From Saprospiraceae bacterium (lineage in GTDB: Bacteria > Bacteroidota > Bacteroidia > Chitinophagales > Saprospiraceae), in assembly GCA_020848965.1 (NCBI GenBank), contig JADLHE010000005.1, positions 1-63,810 of the forward strand: a stretch of 63,810 nucleotides of DNA, written 5' to 3'. Under the pieces are notes generated by a model. It had not been told where the DNA came from. It made no database searches and saw nothing but the letters and a program-made list of their open reading frames with translations. The position numbers and the translations under genes are program-made. Shown one piece after another: positions 35,087 through 43,819 of the stretch; position 1 is the stretch's first letter; the number at the start of each line of letters is the position of its first letter.

Positions 35087-36103
35087 TTACTCGCTACAAA
35101 GCCCCTGAATCTCGTGGAAAACATCGTGCAGCTTGGTCAGGCTCTCCGTCACGGCCTTGTCGCTGCTTTTTTTCTTTCCCACCAATTTATCGAGCGCCTC
35201 GCTGCCCTTCACGAGCTTGTCTATGGCCGACTTGATGGCGGGCGTGTTGAACGACGCAGGGATTTTGCCGGATTGCAAGGTTTTGGCCTTGGCCAACATC
35301 TCTGTGGAGCGGCTGCGGATGGGCTTTAGGTCGCCCTCTTCTGCTGGGTGGAAGGTCTGCGCCATTACCTTGTGGAAGTCCTTCAACTCCGTCCATGCGT
35401 CTTTTTCTATGACCTTCAGCAATGGGCTGGCGAGGGCGTCCTTGTAGTTTTGGTTCACCTGCTGCCAGTTGATGACGTTCCAAATAGCGGCGAGGTAATC
35501 GCCCCGCTTGTTGGTGTACTTGAGATAGTAAGCGTGCTCCCACACGTCAATGCCGAGCACGGGGATGCCCCGCTGCGGTGACACGTCCATGATGGGGTTG
35601 TCTTGATTGGGCGAAGAGCAGACGGCGAGTTTTTTCTCTGGCGTAAGATAGAGCCAAGCCCAGCCGGAGCCGAAACGGGTAGCGCCTGCCTGGTTCATCA
35701 GCGTTTTTAGGCTATCGAGGCTGACGAAGGCGCCTGTGATGGCCTTGCCTACTTCTGAGTTTGGGTCGAATTTATTGCCCGTGCCCAGTATTTTCCAGAA
35801 ATGGCTGTGGTTGTAGTGCCCGCCGCTGTTGTTGCGGATGGCATCGCCCGTGCTGCTTGCCCGTAGCATGAGGTCTTCGAGGGACATTTTCTCGTACTTC
35901 CCGCCCTTTACCGCCTTGTTCAGGTTATTGACATAGGCTTGGTGGTGCTTGGTAACGTGGGTCTCCATCGTCTGGGCATCAATATATGGCTCCAACGCAT
36001 TGTAGGCGTAGTCCAGTTTTGGGAGGGAGAAGGGATCGGCAGTTTGCGCTTGCGCAAAAAGGCTTGCCAGCAGGGCAAAGCATGGTAGGATGAATTTTTT
36101 CAT
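35087..36103 (-). CDS. sodA: Fe/Mn superoxide dismutase with signal peptide and ~110-aa C-terminal helical extension
   Basis: MKKFILPCFALLASLFAQAQ, then LPKLDYAYNALEPYIDAQTMETHVTKHHQAYV...DVWEHAYYLKY...NWQQV. A further ~110 aa follow the SOD fold. Confidence 0.85.
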   Translation of the reverse strand: MKKFILPCFALLASLFAQAQTADPFSLPKLDYAYNALEPYIDAQTMETHVTKHHQAYVNNLNKAVKGGKYEKMSLEDLMLRASSTGDAIRNNSGGHYNHSHFWKILGTGNKFDPNSEVGKAITGAFVSLDSLKTLMNQAGATRFGSGWAWLYLTPEKKLAVCSSPNQDNPIMDVSPQRGIPVLGIDVWEHAYYLKYTNKRGDYLAAIWNVINWQQVNQNYKDALASPLLKVIEKDAWTELKDFHKVMAQTFHPAEEGDLKPIRSRSTEMLAKAKTLQSGKIPASFNTPAIKSAIDKLVKGSEALDKLVGKKKSSDKAVTESLTKLHDVFHEIQGLCSE

Positions 36104-36273
36104 GTTGTTATTTTGAAAAATTGCTTTGAAAATGCCAGCGTCAGTGCTTGCTGATGGCTCATTGCGGAAGCACGGACTGGCAGTCCGTATACGTGGGCAC
36201 GGCCCGCAAAATTAACAAGCGAAGACAGGGAAAGGTCGAAAAGGTGGGAAGAAAGATGAGGAGCGGGAAAAAT

Positions 36274-36305
36274 AGACCTTCCAAGTTGCGCAACTTGGAA
36301 GGTCT
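36274..36305 (-). terminator. intrinsic terminator of the kinase/lipoprotein/regulator operon
   Basis: AGACCTTCCAAGTTG-CG-CAACTTGGAAGGTCT 15-bp perfect palindrome, followed on the minus strand by ATTTTTCCC. Lies 10 nt after the regulator stop. Confidence 0.7.
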
Positions 36306-36315
36306 TGGGCGGCCA

Positions 36316-37041
36316 TTAAACGGCCTTGTCTTTTTCAAGCAATTGAAAACCGTTGCCGTGGATGTTGACGATTTCGAGGTTGTCGTCCTCGGCCAAGTAC
36401 TTGCGCAGCTTGGTCACGAACACGTCCATCGAGCGGGCGGTGAAGTAGTTGTCCTCGCCCCAAATCTTGGTGAGTGCCTCGCTGCGGGTCAGCACGTCGT
36501 TCATTTTCAGGGCGAACATCTTGAGCAGCGATGCCTCTTTGGGCGACAGTTTGTACTGTGGCTCGTTCACGCCGCCCTTGTCAAAAGTGAGGATTCGTAG
36601 CGGGTAATTGAAGTGGTATTTGCCGATGAAATACTCACGGGCTTCCTCTTTCGGCTCCTCCTTCGGCTTGGTGCGCTTGAGGATAGCCCCGATGCGGAAC
36701 AGCAGTTCCTCGGAGTTGAACGGCTTGGTGATATAATCGTCGGCCCCGATTTTGAAGCCTTGGAGCACGTCTTCTTTCAGCGTTTTGGCGGTGAGGAAGA
36801 TGATGGGCACTTCCTGGTTTTTCTCCCGGATTTCCCTTCCGACCGTGAAGCCGTCCTTGCGGGGCATCATCACATCAAGGATGCAGAGGTCGAAGTCACC
36901 CCGGTTGAAGGCTTCCATGCCCTTGATGCCGTCATTGGCGAGGGTCACTTCGTAGTCGTTCATTTCGAGGTAGGAGCGCAGTACGTCCCCGAAGTTTTGG
37001 TCGTCCTCGACCAAGAGTATATTTCCACGTGTAGCAGACAT
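36316..37041 (-). CDS. OmpR/PhoB-family response regulator
   Basis: Receiver domain ILLVEDD...ILDVMMPRKDG...LTAK, followed by a winged-helix output domain. Confidence 0.9.
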   Translation of the reverse strand: MSATRGNILLVEDDQNFGDVLRSYLEMNDYEVTLANDGIKGMEAFNRGDFDLCILDVMMPRKDGFTVGREIREKNQEVPIIFLTAKTLKEDVLQGFKIGADDYITKPFNSEELLFRIGAILKRTKPKEEPKEEAREYFIGKYHFNYPLRILTFDKGGVNEPQYKLSPKEASLLKMFALKMNDVLTRSEALTKIWGEDNYFTARSMDVFVTKLRKYLAEDDNLEIVNIHGNGFQLLEKDKAV

Positions 37042-37072
37042 CTTTTATAATTGGGTTTTGAATTGTTTTTGA

Positions 37073-37429
37073 CTAAAAAATCTCAATTTCGGTGCTATCG
37101 TTCACTTCAAACTCAATGTGCTGGTCACAATCAAGTTTTATGCTTTCTTTGGTTTTGGCGGCCAATACCTTGCCATTCAAGGTCATCCTGAACTCAATCG
37201 GCCCTTCTTGTGGCCAATCATCGCTTTTGCCGCCTATGCAAACATCCTCTAATTCGGCTGTCTCGCCCGGTAGCAGGCCACCTGCCAAGTAATGCCCTTT
37301 CCAAACGACTTCCCTCAGTTCAATATTTGGGAGACGGTTCGTTACGGATAGGCTCAGTTTTTCGTCTTCACAACTGGGCAATAGCACAGCTGCGATAAAA
37401 ACAAGCATAACGTTGAAAAGCTGCTTCAT
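37073..37429 (-). CDS. small lipoprotein, unknown function
   Basis: Lipobox AAVLLPSC. ATGA overlap with the upstream gene. Confidence 0.6.
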   Translation of the reverse strand: MKQLFNVMLVFIAAVLLPSCEDEKLSLSVTNRLPNIELREVVWKGHYLAGGLLPGETAELEDVCIGGKSDDWPQEGPIEFRMTLNGKVLAAKTKESIKLDCDQHIEFEVNDSTEIEIF

Positions 37430-37986
37430 ATTTGAATATTGAACTTTCCAACAAATACACTTCGCTCTTTCGGTTCAATGCTGAGCAATTGTGTATCCGA
37501 GAGTTTGATGGTGCTTGGCTCATTGGCCATATTGTTGATTTTCAGCTCATTGAGCTTGAAAAAATAGTCGCCCGGCAACAAGAATCCTCGTAAGAAATTG
37601 GCAGCCTCACCCGCCGTTTGTAAATCGCTTGACGCAGCGTTGTAGTTTAAAGTCAGGTGATGAATGTACGGCTCGTTTTGCACGTAGAATCCGTTCATCT
37701 GTGAAACCCCGCTGGCATTTGGGTCAATTGGGTCGGTTTTTTCATCGAAAACGCCCCATGCTTCTCCATTGATGTCCACGGCGATATCGTAAATCGAATC
37801 AAGCAAGATATAGCGGACTTGCTGCGTGGCAGGGTCAATCGTTGTGATTTCCACGTCCACCAGCACTTCCTCAAAATCGGATTCGTTGTCCGTGTCCACG
37901 GTGGCTTGGGATACCGGGGTTGTATAATCATCGGCTGCGCAGCCGACAAGAAATACCGTGAAAAAGAGAATGTAAAGGCGCCGCAT
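37426..37986 (-). CDS. lipoprotein, unknown function
   Basis: ORF 37426..38034; the ATG at 37986 gives MRRLYILFFTVFLVGCAADD (lipobox). Starts 10 nt after the kinase stop. Confidence 0.6.
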   Translation of the reverse strand: MRRLYILFFTVFLVGCAADDYTTPVSQATVDTDNESDFEEVLVDVEITTIDPATQQVRYILLDSIYDIAVDINGEAWGVFDEKTDPIDPNASGVSQMNGFYVQNEPYIHHLTLNYNAASSDLQTAGEAANFLRGFLLPGDYFFKLNELKINNMANEPSTIKLSDTQLLSIEPKERSVFVGKFNIQI

Positions 37987-37996
37987 AAAAACTTGT

Positions 37997-39523
37997 TTAC
38001 CCATTGGCAATAGACGTTGGGAAAAACAGCACAAAACTGCTCCCTTTCCCCAGTTCGCTCTTCACCTCCACCCGGCCCTTGTGGGCATCCATCATGGCCT
38101 TCACGTAGCTAAGGCCGAGGCCAAAGCCCTTCACATCGTGGAGGTTGCCGGTGTGTACCCGGTAGAATTTTTCAAAAATGAGCTTTTTGGCCTCCTTGCT
38201 GAGGCCAATGCCCTTGTCGCTGACTATAACTTCGACCCCGCCGTTCACATTGCGTGTTGCAACGGAAATTTCAGGATTTTCGGGCGAATATTTGTTGGCG
38301 TTGTCCAATAAGTTGTTGACAATGTTGGAGATATGCGTCATGTCGCCTTGCACGATGGGCTGCGTGGCTTGCAGGTCGGTGCTCACCGTACCGTCCCGTT
38401 TTTCCACTTGCAGGCCGATGTAGCCTACTGCCTGAGTGATAACGTCGTGGAGGTTCACATCGCTGAGTTTCAGTTCAAAATCTTGGCGGTCGATCTGCGC
38501 CATTTGGAGCACCTTTTCCACTTGGTTGTTCATCCGCTTATTCTCTTGCCGTATGATGTCCACGAAGCGGCGGATTTTGTCAGGGTTGTTCACCACCATC
38601 GGGCTGGCAATGCTGTCGGAGGCGAGGCTGATGGTGGCGATAGGCGTCTTGAACTCGTGGGTCATGTTGTTGATGAAGTCGTTCTTCATCTCCGACACTT
38701 TTTTCTGCTTGAAAATCACGGAAATCGTGTAGGCAAAACAGAAAAGGATGATAAGGGTAAACAGGATGGACCCAATCAGGTTTTTCAGCACCGAGTTCCA
38801 GAGGTAGCTGTCCTTGTTTGGGAAATAAATCATCAACAAGCCGGGCACTTCGGCGTCTCTTTGGAAAAGGCTGACTTGATACTCGCTATTGTTCAGGTTA
38901 TTGAAGCCCTCCAAGGTTGGCTTTGAGCGACTGTCCACCATCGTATAGTGCCCATCCGCAATGACCAAGCTTTTTTTCCGGTTATCAAATACGCCATACC
39001 GGAAAGGGATTTTAATGCCATTGTCCTGAAACTCCTGCCGTAAGAAACTTGCCAGTTCGTCCAGCTTTATGCGTTCGGTGAGGGATGCCAAGTCCATGCC
39101 TTGCGTGAGGCTGACAAATTGCGTCAACATCTTTGCCCGTTCAGCCCTACAATTGGAGCAATTGCAGTTGTTGTTGGCCAACATGATTTCAATCAACTGC
39201 TGTTTTGTGAGATGGGCATGGGCTTGTTCGGCTTCTCCACCTTCTTCAATGGTGAGCATAAGGCCCTCTGTTTCAATGCGTTGCCTTACTTCGGCTTGGT
39301 AAAAATCCTGAGCGAAGCCGTTATCTACATGCTTGAAGGCTTCCATTTCCTCATTCTCTTCCAATTTTTCGGCTACTCGCTTCAAAGCCGCCTGAACATG
39401 GTTGTCAAACTGCTTCTCGTTGGCACGCAAGGAGTCGGCCACCCATTTTGCCTGCATGGCGGCTATGCCGATGAGCGACGCCGTCATCAGTCCTATGATT
39501 AGCCAGATTACTTTCTTGTTCAT
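37997..39523 (-). CDS. sensor histidine kinase
   Basis: Two TM segments flank a ~230-aa periplasmic region. H-box NMTHEFKTPIATI, N-box NLLDNANKY, G-boxes DKGIGL and GFGLGLSYV. Confidence 0.9.
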   Translation of the reverse strand: MNKKVIWLIIGLMTASLIGIAAMQAKWVADSLRANEKQFDNHVQAALKRVAEKLEENEEMEAFKHVDNGFAQDFYQAEVRQRIETEGLMLTIEEGGEAEQAHAHLTKQQLIEIMLANNNCNCSNCRAERAKMLTQFVSLTQGMDLASLTERIKLDELASFLRQEFQDNGIKIPFRYGVFDNRKKSLVIADGHYTMVDSRSKPTLEGFNNLNNSEYQVSLFQRDAEVPGLLMIYFPNKDSYLWNSVLKNLIGSILFTLIILFCFAYTISVIFKQKKVSEMKNDFINNMTHEFKTPIATISLASDSIASPMVVNNPDKIRRFVDIIRQENKRMNNQVEKVLQMAQIDRQDFELKLSDVNLHDVITQAVGYIGLQVEKRDGTVSTDLQATQPIVQGDMTHISNIVNNLLDNANKYSPENPEISVATRNVNGGVEVIVSDKGIGLSKEAKKLIFEKFYRVHTGNLHDVKGFGLGLSYVKAMMDAHKGRVEVKSELGKGSSFVLFFPTSIANG

Positions 39524-39790
39524 TTAAACTTAATGGTAGTCGTTGCGAATAGCCAGCGGCAAAATGCCAATAGCCAATTTTCCCGCACTGCAAACATGAC
39601 AAAATTAACAATGGTAGTCGCCAATATGCTGCTTTAACTTAGATTTAACGCCAAAGTTGCCAAGGGTTTGGGCGTTCCTTTTGCCGGAGGCAACGTTACT
39701 AGCCTTTGGGTTTTAGAAATTGGATGATGGTACTTTGCTGCACATATCACTATCTTTAAAGCCCAAATTACTGCCCTTTGTCTCAAAAGC

Positions 39791-40699
39791 ATGAACCACT
39801 ACACTTGGACATACGTCGGCGATGCGGGTAGGAACTACCGGGTAGGCCTGATGTACGGCCCCAAGACCGGACACTTGCTCATTTACATCGGCTCCAAAAT
39901 CGTACAAGTGGACTTCAAGGTATTCGAATCGAAGGAGTACACGTTTTTTATTGAGGAAGAACTGGTGCACATCAACCTCGAACGGCGGGGCAACGAGATG
40001 TACTTCACCTTCAATATTGACAAAGAAGCCAACACGCCCCGCAACCAAGTACGCCACTCTTTGGAGCGGAAGTATTTCCGGCACATGCTCATATTTCTGG
40101 GCGTGATGGGTGTTTTGGTGGCTGGGGTGGTCATTTTCGGAAGGAATGCCAAAAAATCGGAAACGCAGCGTATCGAAGAGGCATTGGCGGAGGGCAGCCA
40201 AGAGGCAACTGGGCGAGTGCTTTTGAAGAAACTGGACGCCAACCAAACGGAGATTTCCTACGAATTCGTGGCAGGTACCGAGACCATCACCTCCAAATCC
40301 TTGATACAGTCCGAGCCGCTCATTCTTTTGGTGAACCCCATGCCCTTGGAGCCAGGAGATGAGTGTCGGGTGCGGTACTCCACCCGAAAGCCACGCATTA
40401 ACCAGATGCTCTTCAGCGAGCCGATGCCTCGGCAAGTGGAAATCTATAAACAACGGGCCATTGCAAAGCACAACCTGCTGCACCCCGATGCTCCATCTGG
40501 CATGACTGATTGTTTCGTGCAAACGGCCTTCGAACGGGATAGCCTTCGGGCCTTGGCCGACATCTATTTTCAGGACACCAAGCCCGGTTACAACCTGGAG
40601 CACAACCTCGAAACCTATGCGAAACTCACCACGGACAAAGGTTTCTTGGCGAAAATGGAGGAAAAATGCGGGCATTTAATAAAGCTTGATAAGGGTTGA
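39791..40699 (+). CDS. hypothetical single-pass membrane protein
   Basis: ATG start and one TM helix (MLIFLGVMGVLVAGVVIF). Preferred over the antisense ORF 39713..40675. Confidence 0.55.
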   Translation: MNHYTWTYVGDAGRNYRVGLMYGPKTGHLLIYIGSKIVQVDFKVFESKEYTFFIEEELVHINLERRGNEMYFTFNIDKEANTPRNQVRHSLERKYFRHMLIFLGVMGVLVAGVVIFGRNAKKSETQRIEEALAEGSQEATGRVLLKKLDANQTEISYEFVAGTETITSKSLIQSEPLILLVNPMPLEPGDECRVRYSTRKPRINQMLFSEPMPRQVEIYKQRAIAKHNLLHPDAPSGMTDCFVQTAFERDSLRALADIYFQDTKPGYNLEHNLETYAKLTTDKGFLAKMEEKCGHLIKLDKG

Positions 40700-40796
40700 T
40701 AAGCTTGGCATCGTTCGCCAAGTATCAGCTCATTTTTTTGACTATTTTTGCACGCTTTTTACAAACCCACGCCCCTCTAACAATCCAACAATTTAG

Positions 40797-40837
40797 CAAT
40801 CCCCGTCTGCCGTCGGGCAGGCAACAATTAATCATCC
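40797..40837 (+). promoter_or_regulatory. start-codon-proximal motif with CTGCC-N4-GGCAG hairpin, copy upstream of scpB
   Basis: CAATCCCCGTCTGCCGTCGGGCAGGCAACAATTAATCATCC, directly followed by the scpB TTG start. Confidence 0.45.
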
Positions 40838-41443
40838 TTGGAAAGACTCGCCCAACATATAGAAGCCCTCGTGTTCGCCGCCGACACCCCGCTTTCGCCG
40901 GAGGACATTCAGCTTTGCCTCAATGAAACCTTCGAGACGGAGTTCAGCGACGAAGACGTGGCCACTGCCATTGAACAAGTAAAAGCCCGGTACGCTTCCG
41001 ATGAGTTTGCCATCGAATTGGTGCAGATAGCCGGGGGGCTTCAGTTCATGACCAAAGGTGCCTACCATGCCGCCGTGGGCACTTGGCTGAAGCAGACGAC
41101 CAAGCGCCGCCTCTCGCAGGCCGCTATTGAAACATTGGCCGTCATTGCCTACAAACAGCCCGTTTCCAAGACAGAAATAGAACAAATACGGGGCGTTAGC
41201 AGCGATTACTCCTTGCAAAAACTGTTGGAAAAAGAGCTTATCTCCATCACGGGCCGCAGCGAAGGCCCCGGCAGGCCACTGCTCTATGGTACGAGCGTCA
41301 AGTTCATGGACTATTTTGGCTTGAAAGACTTGAGCGACCTGCCCAAGCCAAAAGACTTCAAAGACCCCGACCAAGAAATAGGCGAGCGGGCACCGATTGA
41401 GGAGCAAGTACCCAGCAGCAGGGAAGAAGGGGAAGCCGAGTAA
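40838..41443 (+). CDS. scpB: segregation and condensation protein B
   Basis: IEALVFAADTPLS...AIETLAVIAYKQPVSKTEIEQIRGV...LLEKELI...GRPLLYGTS. TTG start as given in the track. Confidence 0.8.
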   Translation: MERLAQHIEALVFAADTPLSPEDIQLCLNETFETEFSDEDVATAIEQVKARYASDEFAIELVQIAGGLQFMTKGAYHAAVGTWLKQTTKRRLSQAAIETLAVIAYKQPVSKTEIEQIRGVSSDYSLQKLLEKELISITGRSEGPGRPLLYGTSVKFMDYFGLKDLSDLPKPKDFKDPDQEIGERAPIEEQVPSSREEGEAE

Positions 41444-41573
41444 TGGCAACAGGGAGGTGATTTGCATTTTTTTGTCAAAAAACGATAACTTGTTGCCTGC
41501 AAAACCAAGCTTTTATTGGCCTTTGGCCAACAATAGCGGGACTTGAGCAGTTTCATCAAAAAAATATCTTACC

Positions 41574-42311
41574 ATGAAAAATCACCTGTTCTCCGCATTG
41601 TTGGCCTTGGTGCTGGCCGCAATTTTTAGCTGCCAAAACCAACCCGGCAAACATAGCCAAGCCGGCATGATTCCCAGGGGCGACACCACGCATGTTGACC
41701 GCTTTGAAAACGAGGTGCAAGCCTATGAGGCCGCCGACCAAGCACAAATGCCAGCAAAGGGCGGCATCGTTTTCGTCGGCAGTTCCAGCATCAGGCTTTG
41801 GGAAACGTTGACAAAAGACTTCGCACCACTGCCTGTCATTGGCCGGGGCATCGGTGGTAGCACTACGCCCGAAATCAACCACTACGCCAAGCGCCTCGTG
41901 GACAAATATCAGCCAAGTGTCATCGTTTACTATTGTGGCGAAAATGACATTGCGGAGGAGGTTGCTCCCCAAATCGCTTTCCAGAATTTCAAAAAATACA
42001 TTGGTGAAACCGAAAAGAACCTGCCCGATGCGACAGTTATTTTCATATCCGCCAAGCCCTCGCCCAGCCGTTGGCACCTTTGGAAGAACATCCAACAATA
42101 TAATTCAATGGTAGAGCAGTTCGCTGCCAGCCGCCCGGACAAACTCCGTTTTGTGGACGTCACCAAAGAACTGCTCGGCACCAATGGCGAACCCAATCCT
42201 GCCCTTTATGTGGAGGACAAGCTGCACCTGAATGCCAGTGGCTACGCCAAATGGACGGCAGTGCTAAAGCCATTGCTCACGGAGGTTTACAATGCAAAGA
42301 CCATGAAATAA
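41574..42311 (+). CDS. SGNH/GDSL-type hydrolase
   Basis: Signal peptide, block I IVFVGSSSI, block V-like DKLHLN. Confidence 0.65.
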   Translation: MKNHLFSALLALVLAAIFSCQNQPGKHSQAGMIPRGDTTHVDRFENEVQAYEAADQAQMPAKGGIVFVGSSSIRLWETLTKDFAPLPVIGRGIGGSTTPEINHYAKRLVDKYQPSVIVYYCGENDIAEEVAPQIAFQNFKKYIGETEKNLPDATVIFISAKPSPSRWHLWKNIQQYNSMVEQFAASRPDKLRFVDVTKELLGTNGEPNPALYVEDKLHLNASGYAKWTAVLKPLLTEVYNAKTMK

Positions 42312-42458
42312 GGCCTTCACTTTTTTATGTATAAACTTTGATTTCTGGCGGGTTTATTTATCTTCGCACCGCTTTTTGAAAAACGGGCAGCCGGTCTTCA
42401 ATAAAGGCCCTGAAAAGGACGTGGTTGCGGACTTATCATCCAGTTTCCGGCATCCAAC

Positions 42459-43175
42459 ATGCAAAAGGTCATTTACAAAGATTTGGGGCGCATACCCTAC
42501 CGGGAGGCTTGGGACTTGCAGCAAGGGCTGCACGACGAGGCCATCCGGCGGAAGCGGGAGAACCGGGAGCGGAAGGAACGGGGCGAGGAGCTTTTGCCCA
42601 TCAACCACCACCTGCTGTTCTGCGAGCACTCGCCCGTGATGACTTTGGGCCGTAGCGGCTCTGAGGAGCACCTGTTGCTCGACGCAGCAGGGCTACAAGC
42701 AAAAGGCATCGAGTTCTTTAAAATCAACCGGGGCGGTGACATCACGTACCACGGGCCGGGGCAAATCGTGGGTTACCCGATTTTCGACCTCGACGAGTTT
42801 TTTACTGATGTCCACCGCTACGTGCGCTGCTTGGAAGAGGCCGTCATCCGCACCCTTGCCGAATATGGCATTGAAGATGCCTACCGAATCAAGGAGTACA
42901 CAGGGGTTTGGCTGCCGCAAAAGGGCTGGCTGCCGAAACGGAAGATTTGCGCCATTGGCGTACACCTCAGCCGCTGGGTGACGATGCACGGGTTCGCCTT
43001 CAACGTGAACACCGACCTTGGCTACTTTCGCCACATCGTCCCTTGCGGCATCAACGACAAAGACAAAGACGTTACGTCCCTAGCGAATGAGCTGGGGCAC
43101 ACTATGGATGAGCACGAGGTCAAGGAAAAACTGCGCCGCCACTTTGCCGAACTTTTCGGCTTTGAATTTGCATAA
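42459..43175 (+). CDS. lipB: lipoyl(octanoyl) transferase
   Basis: NRGGDITYHGPGQIVGYPI and RKICAIGVHLSRWVTMHGFAFNV. Confidence 0.92.
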   Translation: MQKVIYKDLGRIPYREAWDLQQGLHDEAIRRKRENRERKERGEELLPINHHLLFCEHSPVMTLGRSGSEEHLLLDAAGLQAKGIEFFKINRGGDITYHGPGQIVGYPIFDLDEFFTDVHRYVRCLEEAVIRTLAEYGIEDAYRIKEYTGVWLPQKGWLPKRKICAIGVHLSRWVTMHGFAFNVNTDLGYFRHIVPCGINDKDKDVTSLANELGHTMDEHEVKEKLRRHFAELFGFEFA

Positions 43176-43217
43176 GCAGTGTTTTCCTATTTCTTCAAAT
43201 GCCGACGGCATCAAATT

Positions 43218-43286
43218 GTCATTTGCCATTGGTCATTGAGGTCATTTCGAGTGAATGCCCATGACTTAAATGCTCAATGAACATTG
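43218..43286. repeat. GTCATTT/GCCATTG/GTCATTG word array upstream of ORF 43320..43730
   Basis: GTCATTTGCCATTGGTCATTGAGGTCATTTCG...CCCATGAC...CTCAATGAACATTG. Confidence 0.7.
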
Positions 43287-43319
43287 AAAACCATACGGCA
43301 CAACCAGGATTTATGGCCC

Positions 43320-43730
43320 ATGAAAAAGGATATTCCAGAATACAAAGTGGAAGAACTGGCCATCGCTATTTTGCCGAGGATTGAAGACGGCATCCAGGAC
43401 AACGAAATGTGGGACGTTTATCTGGTGAACCTAAAAGCGGACACCATCGAGAACGTGCTGATCAACTCCCGTGGCTACGGCGAGATAGATGGTGAGCAGA
43501 TGAAAACGACCATTCTGCGTCATTTTTTCAATGAAGTCGGGCCTCAACAAGCCCATCTGATAGAACCTATCCAGACCAAACTGTTCGATATTGCAAACGA
43601 ATATTGGGTCAGCTTTACCTACGATGGCTACATGTACGACAAACGCTATGTGTTTGTCAGGGGCAGCATCACCGAAGACAATTTCACGACCATCCCCGTG
43701 CTGGAGCGAAGAGGCGTAATGATAAAGTGA
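43320..43730 (+). CDS. hypothetical protein
   Basis: ORF 43284..43730 has a TTG start; the ATG at 43320 gives MKKDIPEYKV. No motif I recognise. Confidence 0.5.
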   Translation: MKKDIPEYKVEELAIAILPRIEDGIQDNEMWDVYLVNLKADTIENVLINSRGYGEIDGEQMKTTILRHFFNEVGPQQAHLIEPIQTKLFDIANEYWVSFTYDGYMYDKRYVFVRGSITEDNFTTIPVLERRGVMIK

Positions 43731-43742
43731 TGATGCACATCC

Positions 43743-43819
43743 GGTCATTATAGTCTTGAGTCATTGGGTCATTTGATGATTCCCATGACCTATGGCCAAT
43801 GGCACGAATGACCAATGAC
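43743..43819. repeat. GGTCATT / AATGACC word hairpin downstream of ORF 43320..43730
   Basis: GGTCATT...AGTCATTGGGTCATT...CCCATGACC...GAATGACCAATGAC. The arms AGTCATTGGGTCATT and GAATGACCAATGACA are near-complementary. Confidence 0.7.

Noticed and set aside
39713-40675. 320-aa ORF on the minus strand
   Set aside because: It is entirely antisense to 39791..40699. Its composition (L/V/G/H-rich, no motifs) is typical of a shadow ORF. The plus-strand ORF has an ATG start, a TM helix and a TTTG / TATCTTTA promoter-like pair upstream.
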